A DNA stretch of 64,000 bases. It comes from Trueperaceae bacterium (lineage in GTDB: Bacteria; Deinococcota; Deinococci; Deinococcales; Trueperaceae). Of this stretch, positions 1-9,682 are shown in pieces (within the stretch, counting starts at the first letter, position 1; each line of letters begins with the position of its first letter). Made by a program: the position numbers and the translations under genes. The notes under the pieces are model-generated. The model made no database searches and had not been told where the DNA came from. It was given only the letters and a program-made list of their open reading frames with translations. The stretch spans positions 1,920,001 to 1,984,000 of the forward strand of contig OZ243927.1 in NCBI GenBank assembly GCA_965213925.1, given 5' to 3'.

Positions 1-535
1 AGACCTGCGTGCGCCCGTAGCGGTGGACGCGGTCTCGCTGGGTAAAGGTGACGCCGAAAAAGAGCGTGCCCACCGAGAGTAGACCGAAAAGCGGCAAGGG
101 GATAAAGGTGTCAAAGGTGAAGTTGGCTAAGAGCGTACAGAGGACATAGACCGTCATCGCAGCGAGCATAGCGGCGTCTTCTTGCAAAAAGCGGGCGTAA
201 AATTCGCCCATCAAAATAGCGGTCAGTGGCGCGATGAAAAAGAGGGGAGACGCGCCCGTGAAGAGGGCGAGGAGACCTAAGACCACCCCGTTCAGCATTA
301 AAGCCGCTAGAATTGTCCTGGCAAGCTGACCTCCTTCCCTAAGCTGCTGGCGCAGATGATACATCACGCCTGTAAAGAGCCCGCCCACAAAGATGATCAC
401 GACGAGCGGCAGCGTTGCAGATGCGGCGGCTACGCCGTCATCCGATTGTGCCAGATAAAGAAGTAGCGAGCAGCCCAAATTCGCTGTGAGTGTAGCAACA
501 AGGTAACTAACTGTCGGGGAAACCCTGGAAAACAC
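1..535 (-). CDS. VUT/YhhQ-family (queuosine precursor) transporter-like membrane protein, runs off window start
   Basis: My own translation from GTG at 535 (RBS AAGAGGAG upstream) gives several TM helices and ...LLANFTFDTFIPLPLFGLLSVGTLFFGVTFTQRDRVHRYG, typical of VUT-family proteins. Confidence 0.65.
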   Translation of the reverse strand, partial: MFSRVSPTVSYLVATLTANLGCSLLLYLAQSDDGVAAASATLPLVVIIFVGGLFTGVMYHLRQQLREGGQLARTILAALMLNGVVLGLLALFTGASPLFFIAPLTAILMGEFYARFLQEDAAMLAAMTVYVLCTLLANFTFDTFIPLPLFGLLSVGTLFFGVTFTQRDRVHRYGRTQV

Positions 536-772
536 GTAAAACTCCTCTTAAAGTTGCGGTTGAGTGGAGCGGTCATGTCACCTCCCGCCGAAATAGAAGT
601 ATAACGTACGTTCTGCCTCTCTACGCGGCTTGATGAACGAACGCTGAATCTCGTGAGGCGCGTGCTACAGGCAGTTAGGTAACCCTCGCAATCCTCTCAT
701 CAAGCTCGGCTGTGTGAGTTCTCGAGCATACCCCTCGCCACTACCTCTTCAGCATTCAGTTATGCTCGCTAC

Positions 773-1201
773 ATGGCACCTAAATCTATAGGCGAATTTA
801 CAGGCGAAGACTTTGTAGGTACACCGGCAGACTCGCTCCTAGAAACCTTGGATATCGAGGTCACGCACGCCACGCCCGAAGAGGTCAGGGCTACGATGCC
901 CGTCACCTCTAAAGTCCATCAGCCCTACGGCATCTTGCACGGCGGCGCGTCCGTCGTGCTGGCAGAGACCGTCGCGAGCGTTGGCGCGTCGGTCAGCGTG
1001 GACTTGAAACAGCGGGCGGTAGGTTTAGAGATCAACGCCAACCACCTCCGCGCCAAGCGTGACGGGACGTTGGAGGCGGTAGCGAAACCGCTTCACAAGG
1101 GACGAACGACGCAGCTCTGGCAGATTGAGATTCGCGACGAAGAGGATAAGCTGGTGTGCGTGTCGCGCTGCACATTGGCGATTATTGAGGTGGAAGGTTA
1201 G
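773..1201 (+). CDS. PaaI/MenI-like hotdog-fold thioesterase
   Basis: HQPYGILHGGASVVLAET and GLEINANHLR motifs; TATGCT 6 nt upstream of ATG. Confidence 0.9.
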   Translation: MAPKSIGEFTGEDFVGTPADSLLETLDIEVTHATPEEVRATMPVTSKVHQPYGILHGGASVVLAETVASVGASVSVDLKQRAVGLEINANHLRAKRDGTLEAVAKPLHKGRTTQLWQIEIRDEEDKLVCVSRCTLAIIEVEG

Positions 1202-1230
1202 GTGGACCTCTTGCCAGCCCCACTCAAAAA

Positions 1231-1266
1231 AAGACCTCTGCACCTTAGCTAAGGTGCAGAGGTCTT
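1231..1266. terminator. Perfect 36-bp palindrome, intrinsic terminator for tRNA-Pro (possibly bidirectional)
   Basis: AAGACCTCTGCACCTT-AGCT-AAGGTGCAGAGGTCTT preceded by an A-run, which is a U-tract on the minus strand; lies between convergent genes. Confidence 0.75.
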
Positions 1267-1307
1267 CTCGAGGTACCGCGTTTTCGAGATGATACCTCCT
1301 TATATAA

Positions 1308-1381
1308 TCGGGGCGAGAGGATTTGAACCTCCGACCCCATCGTCCCGAACGATGTGCGCTACCAGGCTGCGCTACGCCCCG
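1308..1381 (-). tRNA. tRNA-Pro (CGG)
   Basis: Reverse complement CGGGGCGTAGCGCAGCCTGGTAGCGCACATCGTTCGGGACGATGGGGTCGGAGGTTCAAATCCTCTCGCCCCGA folds as a cloverleaf; anticodon CGG; CCA not encoded. Confidence 0.97.
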
Positions 1382-1387
1382 ATGAAC

Positions 1388-1466
1388 AGCAGGTATCATC
1401 TGGTCACAAACGCCATCAGCCAAAAAGGTGTTGACTAAACTTGCACGTTCAAAGATGATATCTGCG
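1388..1466 (+). repeat. ~78-bp MITE-like element, copy A
   Basis: Ends AGCAGGTATCATCT...AGATGATATCTGCG are inverted repeats; the first 20 nt are the exact reverse complement of 26401-26420. Confidence 0.75.
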
Positions 1467-1622
1467 AAGATACACGGCAACCTGTTACGAAGCCGCTACA
1501 TAGTTTACTCGAGGAAGCGTTAGAGCGTCAAGCCGTGAGGGAGCAAACTAAAGATACTGAATGGTTAGTTGCGTAAGTGCAGAGTCATGCGGATTCCAAG
1601 GGACTAAAATCATTCGAGCTTT

Positions 1623-1699
1623 GGCAGGCATTATCTTTATAATGTAGTATTCTCAAGCGTGCTTTCTCCGCTGAGAGTGTTCCTGACCAGATGATTGCG
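1623..1699 (-). repeat. MITE-like element, degenerate copy C
   Basis: Reverse complement reads CGCAATCATCTGGTCAGGAACACTCTCAGC...AAAGATAATGCCTGCC, colinear with copy A. Confidence 0.55.
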
Positions 1700-1772
1700 C
1701 GAAGCTTTTCCCGGTTACACCGTTCGTTTTCGCGGATGCGAAAGGGAAACTTCGCAAACGAAGTAACCTGCT

Positions 1773-2219
1773 TCAATTCTCCTGCCGCACCACCATCACC
1801 GTGCAGGGCGCGTGCCGCACGATGCTCTCGGCGTCGTTGCCCAAGAGGATGCGCGCAGCGGTATTCTGCTCGCGGTTGCCGATAACGATCACATCCGCGC
1901 CCAGCTCTTCGCTCAACTTGATGATCTCGCCGTCCACTTTGCCCATGCGCACGTAAGACCCGGTAATGTCCCCGCCCGCCGCCTCGATCTGCTGAAGGCT
2001 CCGGTCTAGGCGCTCTTGCGCCTCCTCTTTGAGCTTATTGAACTGTCCTTCTGAGAGCGTGTCGGGGTGCGTCCACTGCGAGAGCATCCCGACGTGAATC
2101 ACGTGCAACTCGGAGTCGGTCTTGTTGGCGAGGTCCACTGCGGTTTTGAGCGTGTGCGAGGGTTCTCTAAGTCCGTCCACGGCTAAGAGTAGCTTCATAG
2201 GAAAGGTATCTGCGTTCAT
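1773..2219 (-). CDS. Universal stress protein (UspA family)
   Basis: KLLLAVDG start, ADVIVIG, LLGNDAESIVRHAPCTVMVVR end. Confidence 0.92.
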   Translation of the reverse strand: MNADTFPMKLLLAVDGLREPSHTLKTAVDLANKTDSELHVIHVGMLSQWTHPDTLSEGQFNKLKEEAQERLDRSLQQIEAAGGDITGSYVRMGKVDGEIIKLSEELGADVIVIGNREQNTAARILLGNDAESIVRHAPCTVMVVRQEN

Positions 2220-2505
2220 GATTCACCTCTCGAGTCTTTAAGGGTCCTTCAACTGAGCAATGCGCCCATCTAACCTCTTGTTTTATTAAGTACCTATACC
2301 TAATTAGTTTTAACTACCCTAGAACGTTCGAATTGCTGATCCTACTGTATTGCGCAGCTTTAACAACGCTCTTTTGGTTTAACTTAAATCAGTGCGAGCA
2401 CTTAGATTTATTTAACTCGGTGCTTTGTGCGCTGAGGTGCTCGAGGCTTCTGGGTCTCGAGCACCTTTTGGCATGGATTTAGTGTACGCGATTGAGTGCG
2501 CGCGC

Positions 2506-3843
2506 TTAGCGACTCTTGCGCAAAATTGTCTGCAACTCCCTTTGCAAGTTGCTCACCGCTTCTTGCCCATCTACCTCGCCGCGCAGCACGCGGGTGAAGG
2601 TTTGGGCGATGCGCTGCGACATCGCGGAGTAAAAAGGCGTTACGGGTCTCACCCGCGCGTTTTCCACCGCGTCACGTCCGAGCGAGACGACGGGGACTTG
2701 CTCCGTGATCTCTTGGTCTTCGTAGAGGGGTTGCAGTGTCGGTAAAAAGCCGCCCTCTAACGCTCTGAGTTTCTGCTGCTCGGGGTCAGTAGCAAATTGG
2801 ATAAACGTCCAGGCTGCGTCCACATTGTCAGAGTCCGCGCTGATCATCAGGTTCCAGCCGCCCAAGGTGGCGAACGTCGGGTTGCCTTCTGAAACAACCG
2901 GGAGCTGCGCGACGCCAACCTGCTCGAGGGAGAGGTTTGAGTCCTCTATGAGCCCGTAGACGAAGGGCCAGTTGCGCATGAAGACCGCGTCGCCCGCTAA
3001 AAACGCTTCGTAGGCGTCCTCTTCGCGGAAGTCAGTGACCTCTTGCGGCGCGACGCCGTCTTCGACGAGGCTCCGCGCCGCGTTCAAGCCCTGCGCCGCG
3101 CCCGTGCCGTCAATGTTGATGACGTTCGGGCTCGTCACGTTCTGCCCGAAGGTGCCCGCTGTCGAGATGTTGCCGGTCAGCACGCGCCCCCTTGCGCCCC
3201 AAATGTACTCCAGCGCGTTTGCTACGCCACCTTCGTAGGTGGCACCCTGAAAGACGAAACCGTACTGCGTGTCTGAATTTTGCGTGATCTGGTTCGCCAT
3301 CTCGCTCAGCTCGTCCCAGGTGGCGGGCGGCTCACTGAAGCCGTTTTGTTCCAAGAGGTCCGCGCGGTAGTACAAGAGTCCGGCGTCGGTGAACCAGGGC
3401 ACGCCCCAGATGCGGTTGCGGTACGTCGCCGAATCGAGGGCGGCTTCGACGAAGTTCTCGCGGTTAAAAGCGCTGTTAAAGCGCCCGGTTAGGTCTCTCA
3501 CCTGGTTGTTGTAAACCAACTCGGCGGTCCAGACCACGTCCGCGCCGATCACATCGATGTCCGAAGCGTCCGCCAAGAAGTCCGACTGAAGTTGCCGCAA
3601 GTACTCGTCCGTCGAGCGCGGCATCTCGCGCCACGTCACCTCGATCTCGCCCTGATATTCCTGGTTGAAGCGGTCAATAAGCGCCTGCAAGCTGCCCGAG
3701 TCGTCCGGTCCGAAGGAGAAGACGATTTGAGTGGGTCCTTGCGCTTGAACGGTTCCCAGCAAAGCGAGACAGAGAATGAGGGCTCCGCCTAACCGTTGAC
3801 GCCACCGACTGATTCGTCTCGAGTGTTTCATTTCTTTATGCAC
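2506..3843 (-). CDS. ABC-type sugar-binding protein (family 1, trehalose/maltose-like)
   Basis: Signal peptide; DVVWTAE, GVPWFTDAGLLYYRADLL, AVFMRNWP and ATLGGWNL motifs. Confidence 0.9.
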   Translation of the reverse strand: MHKEMKHSRRISRWRQRLGGALILCLALLGTVQAQGPTQIVFSFGPDDSGSLQALIDRFNQEYQGEIEVTWREMPRSTDEYLRQLQSDFLADASDIDVIGADVVWTAELVYNNQVRDLTGRFNSAFNRENFVEAALDSATYRNRIWGVPWFTDAGLLYYRADLLEQNGFSEPPATWDELSEMANQITQNSDTQYGFVFQGATYEGGVANALEYIWGARGRVLTGNISTAGTFGQNVTSPNVINIDGTGAAQGLNAARSLVEDGVAPQEVTDFREEDAYEAFLAGDAVFMRNWPFVYGLIEDSNLSLEQVGVAQLPVVSEGNPTFATLGGWNLMISADSDNVDAAWTFIQFATDPEQQKLRALEGGFLPTLQPLYEDQEITEQVPVVSLGRDAVENARVRPVTPFYSAMSQRIAQTFTRVLRGEVDGQEAVSNLQRELQTILRKSR

Positions 3844-4027
3844 CCCTTCCTTTAGAGGTTTTGCGACGTGCTGAAAAGATTGCCGCAGATTTTATAATTT
3901 TACCCTTGTGATGTATCTCGTGTTGTTTATCTCAGAACGTGTGAGTTGAGTCGCGCCTTATTCACTGAGCGCATCTGTGACCGGTTCCGAACGTTAGTGA
4001 GACCGACTTTGATACCCGCTTGCACGC

Positions 4028-5617
4028 CTACCAGAATGACCCGACGATAATCGCGGTCAACACGAGTAACGCGATGGACTGATAGCGGTAGTTGAGATAC
4101 CACGGTACGTCTTGGAGGTCTTTGGTCTCTTGCTTCCAGAGTTTGGGCTTCCAGACTAAGTCTTCGATCCTTTCAGCGGGCTCCGGCTCGGTAACTAAGC
4201 TTATTCCGACGTAAACGATGATGCTGAGGAGGAAAGAAATTCCGGAAGCGTAGAGGAACTGGATGGTAAACACGCCCAGAATTTCGTTGAGGACGAAGAA
4301 GACCAGACCCGTAGGCACCATGATGGCGAGCGTCCAGAACGCGCCGTGGCGGGTGCCGCGCATCCAGGAGATACCGACTAAAAAGACCACGACGATGGGC
4401 GGCACCGCGTAGGCAAGGACCGACTGGAAGTACTGCCAGAGCGTCGGGAAGCGCTGAATCTGCGGAGCCCAGAAAATCGCGACGGTCATGACAATGGCGG
4501 TGGTCACACGCCCGATAAAGACTAGTGTGCGGTCGCTGGTATCGGGGCGGAAGGTCTTGACGTAGTCCATGGTGACGAGCGTCGAGGCGGAGTTGAGGAC
4601 GGAATCGACGCTCGAGGTAATCGCCGCGACGAGCGCCGCCAAGATCACCCCGCGTAAGCCGACGGGCAAGAGGTCAAAGGCGAGCGTCGGGAAAGCGAGG
4701 TCGGGGTTGGCGAGGTCGGGGTAAAGCACAATCGCCATCGTGCCGGGTAAAACCATGATAAAGAGAATCGGCAGTTTGAGAAAACCCGCAAACAAGGAGC
4801 CCCAGCGCCCGTGGTTGAGGTTTTTCGCGCCCAGGGTGCGCTGCACGATGAGCTGGTTCGTCGTCCAGAAATAGATGCCGATAATCAGCACCCCGCTAAA
4901 GAGCCCAGGCCACGGCAAGGCAGGGTCCGAAATCGGCTGGATGATGCTCAAAGCCCCTTCGGGCGCAGCCGCTACCATCTCGCTCCAGGAGGGAATAGCG
5001 GCAAACGTCATGAAGAAGACAATGGTGCCGCCGATAATCAGCACCACCGCCTGAATCGAGTCGCTGATAACCACCGCGCCCAGCCCGCCGAAGATGGTGT
5101 AGACCCCCGCCAAAAGCGCGAGCACGAGAATATGACCCCACAGGGGGACGACGGGAAAGAGCGTTTGGCCCACCAGCCCGCCCGCGTAGAGCGCCCCCGC
5201 ACAATCTAAAAACATACTCAAGAAGATAAGAAAGCCTGAAAACGCCAAGCGAGAGCGTCTGTCGTAGCGCTCCTCTAAAAACTGCGGCATGGTGAAGACT
5301 TCGCTGCGGAGGTAGAAGGGCAGGATAAAAAAGACGAATAGGATGAGGATAATCGCCGCCATCCATTCGTAGGAATAGACCGAAATCCCCGAGTTGTAGC
5401 CCGCCCCAGCGAGCCCCACGAACGACGCGCCCGACATGTTAGTGGCGAAAAGCGAAAAGCCAATCAGGGGCCACGTGAAGTTGCGCCCGCCCAAGAAGTA
5501 GCCGTCGCTGTCATCGCCGCCGCCCCGGTTGAGCCAGAGCGGGATGAGGCGGCTCAAGATGAGATAACCAACCAAAATACCGATGTCGAGCCCTGTAATG
5601 TCGAATCTTTCGGACAT
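4028..5617 (-). CDS. Sodium:solute symporter (SSS/SLC5, SGLT-like sugar transporter)
   Basis: YFLGGRNFTWPLIGFSLFATNMS, TMPQFLEERY, NQLIVQRTL and AAITSSVDSVLNS motifs; many TM helices. Confidence 0.93.
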   Translation of the reverse strand: MSERFDITGLDIGILVGYLILSRLIPLWLNRGGGDDSDGYFLGGRNFTWPLIGFSLFATNMSGASFVGLAGAGYNSGISVYSYEWMAAIILILFVFFILPFYLRSEVFTMPQFLEERYDRRSRLAFSGFLIFLSMFLDCAGALYAGGLVGQTLFPVVPLWGHILVLALLAGVYTIFGGLGAVVISDSIQAVVLIIGGTIVFFMTFAAIPSWSEMVAAAPEGALSIIQPISDPALPWPGLFSGVLIIGIYFWTTNQLIVQRTLGAKNLNHGRWGSLFAGFLKLPILFIMVLPGTMAIVLYPDLANPDLAFPTLAFDLLPVGLRGVILAALVAAITSSVDSVLNSASTLVTMDYVKTFRPDTSDRTLVFIGRVTTAIVMTVAIFWAPQIQRFPTLWQYFQSVLAYAVPPIVVVFLVGISWMRGTRHGAFWTLAIMVPTGLVFFVLNEILGVFTIQFLYASGISFLLSIIVYVGISLVTEPEPAERIEDLVWKPKLWKQETKDLQDVPWYLNYRYQSIALLVLTAIIVGSFW

Positions 5618-5994
5618 ACAGATTCCTCCCTCTCGAGATAAGCGTCCTAAAACGTCGAGAAGACCGCATTTAGGCTAGAAGCTACCTACGTTGAGTTGCA
5701 AACTTATTCGGGAGTATACGCACCCGCACAAGAAAAAGCAACCCCACGGTGAGGTTGCAAAGAGGTTGCAGGGAAACGGAGCAGAGCCGTCTAAATTTCG
5801 GGGTGAGTGAGGGCGACAGCGAGGCGCAATTGGGCAAATTTATCTGTTCGTACCCTGAGCACAGTCAAACTTTGTGAATTAAGAAGGGCTCGAGGGGTGC
5901 GGGAGCACTAGTAAACGAATCGGGAGCATTATAATAAGGCTGCTAAGTGTTCCCTGTAGGTTAAGCGCTACGCGCTAATGAAGCGTAAACGCAG

Positions 5995-6438
5995 TTAGGC
6001 TTCTTCGCGCCGCACCACCAAAACAGAACAAGGCGCGTGCCGCACGATGCTCTCGGCGTCGTTGCCTAAAAGGATGCGCGAGGCGGCGCTCTGCTTGCGG
6101 CTGCCGATGACGATCATGTCCACCTGGAGTTCGTCGCTGAGCCGGAGCACTTCGCCGTCCACGTCGCCTAGCCTCAAGTGAGACTGGGTGACGTTTCCGC
6201 CCAAGTCCTCTATCTCTTTTTTGTTGCTGTCCAGGCGTATCTGCGCGCGTTCCTTGAAGCGCTCCAACTGCCCCGGCGACATCGGCTCGAAGTGCGCGCC
6301 GTAGTAGAGGATGCCAACGTGAACCACGTGCAGCTCCGCCCCGAAGCCGTTCGCCAGTTCGACCGCCGTGTTGATGGAGGGGGAGGGACCTTCGTAGCCG
6401 TCGATGGCGAGCAGGATTTTCTTCGGAGGAATGCTCAT
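5995..6438 (-). CDS. Universal stress protein (UspA family), paralog of 1773-2219
   Basis: KILLAIDG start, LLGNDAESIVRHAPCSVLVVR end. Confidence 0.92.
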   Translation of the reverse strand: MSIPPKKILLAIDGYEGPSPSINTAVELANGFGAELHVVHVGILYYGAHFEPMSPGQLERFKERAQIRLDSNKKEIEDLGGNVTQSHLRLGDVDGEVLRLSDELQVDMIVIGSRKQSAASRILLGNDAESIVRHAPCSVLVVRREEA

Positions 6439-6715
6439 GGAATAGGCTCCTTATGTGTTTAGGTCGCACCTGATTAAAGTAACCCGAGCCCCGCCCGAAC
6501 GCTAGGTCACTCAGATCTTTGTCCGATACTATAGCAGACACCTTTCGGCAGACTGATGTGTCTAGGCTTGCTATTTGGAGATAGGTTTGGACGATCAACT
6601 GAGGTAGAAACAAGTCACGATAAATGCTTCCACACCTCTATATTACTCAGTGCGCCCGTGCAGTCCTATTGGTTGCGCTCTCAACTGACGCCCCGCAAAT
6701 GCGTTATCCTACCCC

Positions 6716-7486
6716 ATGAAACCTACGCGAACTCCCCTGATGGCAGCCAACTGGAAGATGAACAAACTCCCGAGCGAAGCCGAAGGCTGGGCGAACGCCT
6801 TCAAAGACCGCCTCGCGCACGCCGATAACTTCGATAATGTAGACGTGGTGCTGTGCGTGCCCTTTCCCCACCTCACAATGCTCCACACTATTCTCACGGA
6901 CAGCCCCGCCGAGTTGGGCGCGGAGGACGTGAGCGCGTATGAGTCGGGCGCGTACACGGGCGAAGTCTCGGCGGCGATGCTTAAAGACGTGGGCGTAACG
7001 TACGTCATCGTAGGGCATTCGGAGCGGCGCGAGTACCACGCCGAAGATGATGACTTGGTCCGTGAAAAGATGAACATCGCCTTGGAGCACGGGCTCAAGC
7101 CGATCCTCTGCGTGGGCGAAACTGAGGCGCAGCGTGACGAGGGCAAAGCGAAAGAGGTCGTCCTCAATCAGCTCAAAGCTGACTTGCGAGACCTCTCTAC
7201 CGAGAATGCGGACGCCTTCGCCGTCGCTTACGAGCCCATCTGGGCGATCGGCACGGGCAAAACGGCGACGGCGGACGACGCCCAGGAGATGTGCGCGGAG
7301 ATTCGCAGTGCGCTCAAAGACCTCTTGCCCGACATTGCCGAAGAGGTGCGCATCGTTTACGGCGGCTCGATGAAGCCGAACAACGCCGACGAACTTTTAG
7401 CACAAGAGGATATCGACGGCGGGCTAGTCGGCGGGGCGAGTTTGGAGGTGGACTCCTTTATCCAACTCATCGAGGCAGCTAAGTGA
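6716..7486 (+). CDS. tpiA: Triosephosphate isomerase
   Basis: ANWKMNK, GAYTGEVS, VGHSERR, AYEPIWAIGTG, YGGS, DGGLVGGASL. Confidence 0.98.
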   Translation: MKPTRTPLMAANWKMNKLPSEAEGWANAFKDRLAHADNFDNVDVVLCVPFPHLTMLHTILTDSPAELGAEDVSAYESGAYTGEVSAAMLKDVGVTYVIVGHSERREYHAEDDDLVREKMNIALEHGLKPILCVGETEAQRDEGKAKEVVLNQLKADLRDLSTENADAFAVAYEPIWAIGTGKTATADDAQEMCAEIRSALKDLLPDIAEEVRIVYGGSMKPNNADELLAQEDIDGGLVGGASLEVDSFIQLIEAAK

Positions 7487-8535
7487 GCCCTATCGACACG
7501 CTGAGAGAGAAATTCAGCGAGTTGGAGGTGGACGCACTTCTTGTGACCCAGCCCGCGAATGTGCGCTATTTATCAGGGTTCAAGACGCCCGAGGATGGGC
7601 GCGTGCTCATCACCGAGGACTTCGCTGTTCTCATTACCGACGGGCGCTACACCGCACAGGCGGCGGAAGAGTCCAGGCTCAACGTCGAAATTGCCGAGCA
7701 GAACTGGTTAGAGGATGTCGCTGAAAGAATCGGCGAGCGGCGCGTCGCGTTGGAGAGTGACCACGTGACGCACGCTTTATTCAACAAGATGGCGGAGAAG
7801 TTAGAGCGCGAGCCCGCCCCGTCTGAGGGGCTCGTCGGTGAACTCAGGCTGCGCAAAACGCCCCAAGAGATCGAGACCTTGCGGCAAGCGGCGCGAGTCA
7901 CCGATGAAGCGTATTCGCATATCTTGAACTTTATACAAGCGGGTCAGCAAGAACTCGAGGTGGCCCTAGAGTTAGAGCGCTTCATGCGGCAAGCGGGCGC
8001 AGAGGCGAAGAGCTTCGAGATCATCGTGGCGAGCGGCGTGCGGAGCGCGATGCCCCACGGCGTCGCCTCGCAAAAGGTCATCGAACAGGGCGACCTTGTC
8101 ACGCTCGACTTCGGCGCGCGGGTGGACGGCTACCACGCGGATATGACCAGGGCGGTCGCCATCGGCGAGATCGGCGGCGAACTAAGAACCATGTTCGATA
8201 CGGTTTTAGAGGCGCAGGAGACCGCCCTGCACGCCCTCGCACCCGGTAAAGATGGGCGCGACATCGACGCGCTAGCGAGAGAGGTCTTAAACGCCAAAAA
8301 TTTTGAGGAGCACTTCCCGCACGGTTTAGGGCACGGCGTCGGCTTGCAAATTCACGAGGGACCGCGCCTCTCGAAGCGCGTCTCGCAGACCTTGGAGCCG
8401 GGCATGGCGGTGACGGTCGAGCCGGGCGTTTATATTCCCGACAAGGGTGGCGTGCGCATCGAGGACTTGGCGGTCATCACGGAGGGCGGTTACGAGCGGC
8501 TTTCGCACAGTGACAAGTCGTTCGTGCAGGTTTGA
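7483..8535 (+). CDS. Xaa-Pro aminopeptidase/dipeptidase (M24B)
   Basis: DFGA..GYHADMTR, HGLGHGVGLQIHEGP, VTVEPGVY, GGVRIED; GTGA overlap with tpiA. Confidence 0.93.
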   Translation: MSPIDTLREKFSELEVDALLVTQPANVRYLSGFKTPEDGRVLITEDFAVLITDGRYTAQAAEESRLNVEIAEQNWLEDVAERIGERRVALESDHVTHALFNKMAEKLEREPAPSEGLVGELRLRKTPQEIETLRQAARVTDEAYSHILNFIQAGQQELEVALELERFMRQAGAEAKSFEIIVASGVRSAMPHGVASQKVIEQGDLVTLDFGARVDGYHADMTRAVAIGEIGGELRTMFDTVLEAQETALHALAPGKDGRDIDALAREVLNAKNFEEHFPHGLGHGVGLQIHEGPRLSKRVSQTLEPGMAVTVEPGVYIPDKGGVRIEDLAVITEGGYERLSHSDKSFVQV

Positions 8536-8742
8536 AGTGACACTGGGCGTGAACGAGATGAGGAAAGAGGGACTGTGGGATGTGCTCCGCTCCGCGAGTA
8601 CGACGTGCTTCTATACTCACTTTGACCATCTAACTTACGAGGTCTCATTCACTTGCAGTGTCTTGAACGTTTAGGTCTTAAACGACTAGGTTTCAGGTGA
8701 TCAGGTGAATGAACGTAACTTCAGTGCTGGAGAGAGGTGAAG

Positions 8743-9096
8743 ATGAAAAAGATACTTGTTGGACTACTGAGCATCCTCGTCTTGGCGGGGTGCGCGAGCG
8801 GACCTGAGAGGTCGCTCTCGGAAGAGTTGGAGGACGCGCGCACGTCGTTTAGCGCTTTAGAGGCTAAAGCTGAAGAGATCGTGGAGCGTAACCGCGAGCT
8901 AGAGAGGCGCACGAATACGCTCAGTCAAGAAAATGAGCAGCTCAGCGCCCGCGCCGAGACGCTTAGCGCTCAAAATGAGCAGCTTACCGAGGAAAATCGG
9001 CAGCTCGAGCGGCAGTTAGAGCAGGTTTCGGGCGCACTGCGCAGTGCGGTCAGTAGCCTTAACGAAGCCGAGAGCGCGACCCCTGAAGGCGAGTGA
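8743..9096 (+). CDS. Small coiled-coil lipoprotein 1 (start could be GTG 8737)
   Basis: MKK-hydrophobic-LAGC lipobox followed by heptad repeats (LSQENEQL/LSAQNEQL). Confidence 0.8.
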   Translation: MKKILVGLLSILVLAGCASGPERSLSEELEDARTSFSALEAKAEEIVERNRELERRTNTLSQENEQLSARAETLSAQNEQLTEENRQLERQLEQVSGALRSAVSSLNEAESATPEGE

Positions 9097-9205
9097 GCCG
9101 ATAAATCTGCGCTATTAAAACCCCAAGTGTGACGAGCACTCCTCTTATTGCAAGTCACTTTTCATATACTCGTTGCGAAACCCCTAGTACGAAGGAGAGG
9201 TCACG

Positions 9206-9454
9206 ATGAAACGAGCCCTAACAGCTTCCTCAGTTCTTGTCGTTTTGCTGCTCGCCGCTTGCGATTCCGATTCCACGATTCAGCAGCTCGCTACGGAGAA
9301 TCAGGAACTGCGCAACGAGGTCCAGCAGATCGTGGAGGTCAATCAGGAGTTGCAAACGCAAACCAGGGAGATCGCTCGCATTATTGACGAGCTTCAGCTA
9401 AGCATTGACAGCCTCGACGTGACGGGCGGCGTTACTGGGGGAAGTTCGGAGTAA
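9206..9454 (+). CDS. Small coiled-coil lipoprotein 2 with TGG tail
   Basis: RBS AAGGAGAGG, LAAC lipobox, heptads, C-terminus LDVTGGVTGGSSE. Confidence 0.8.
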   Translation: MKRALTASSVLVVLLLAACDSDSTIQQLATENQELRNEVQQIVEVNQELQTQTREIARIIDELQLSIDSLDVTGGVTGGSSE

Positions 9455-9682
9455 CTGTAAGCTGAACGTTGAGCCAAAGCAGGAGACAGCGAAGTTTACC
9501 GCTCGCCATCTTCTGCTTTTTCATGAGCTTCAGAGCGGGAGGAACGTGCCCTAAAACCTGAGCCGAACGCTCGGCGGCTTCATACTCCTGAACCCTTACC
9601 CTGAAATCATATATACTCAAGACGTGAGATTCGTTACATTTCGCTATATGCCGTTTTACTACCGGAGATTCAAGGGGGTTTC

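Noticed and set aside
1025..1480. 151-aa ORF across the tRNA-Pro
   Set aside because: Translation of tRNA and terminator sequence; no coding signal
1308..6438. Genomic island integrated at tRNA-Pro
   Set aside because: The cassette is upstream of the tRNA, and I saw no duplicated tRNA 3' end and no integrase
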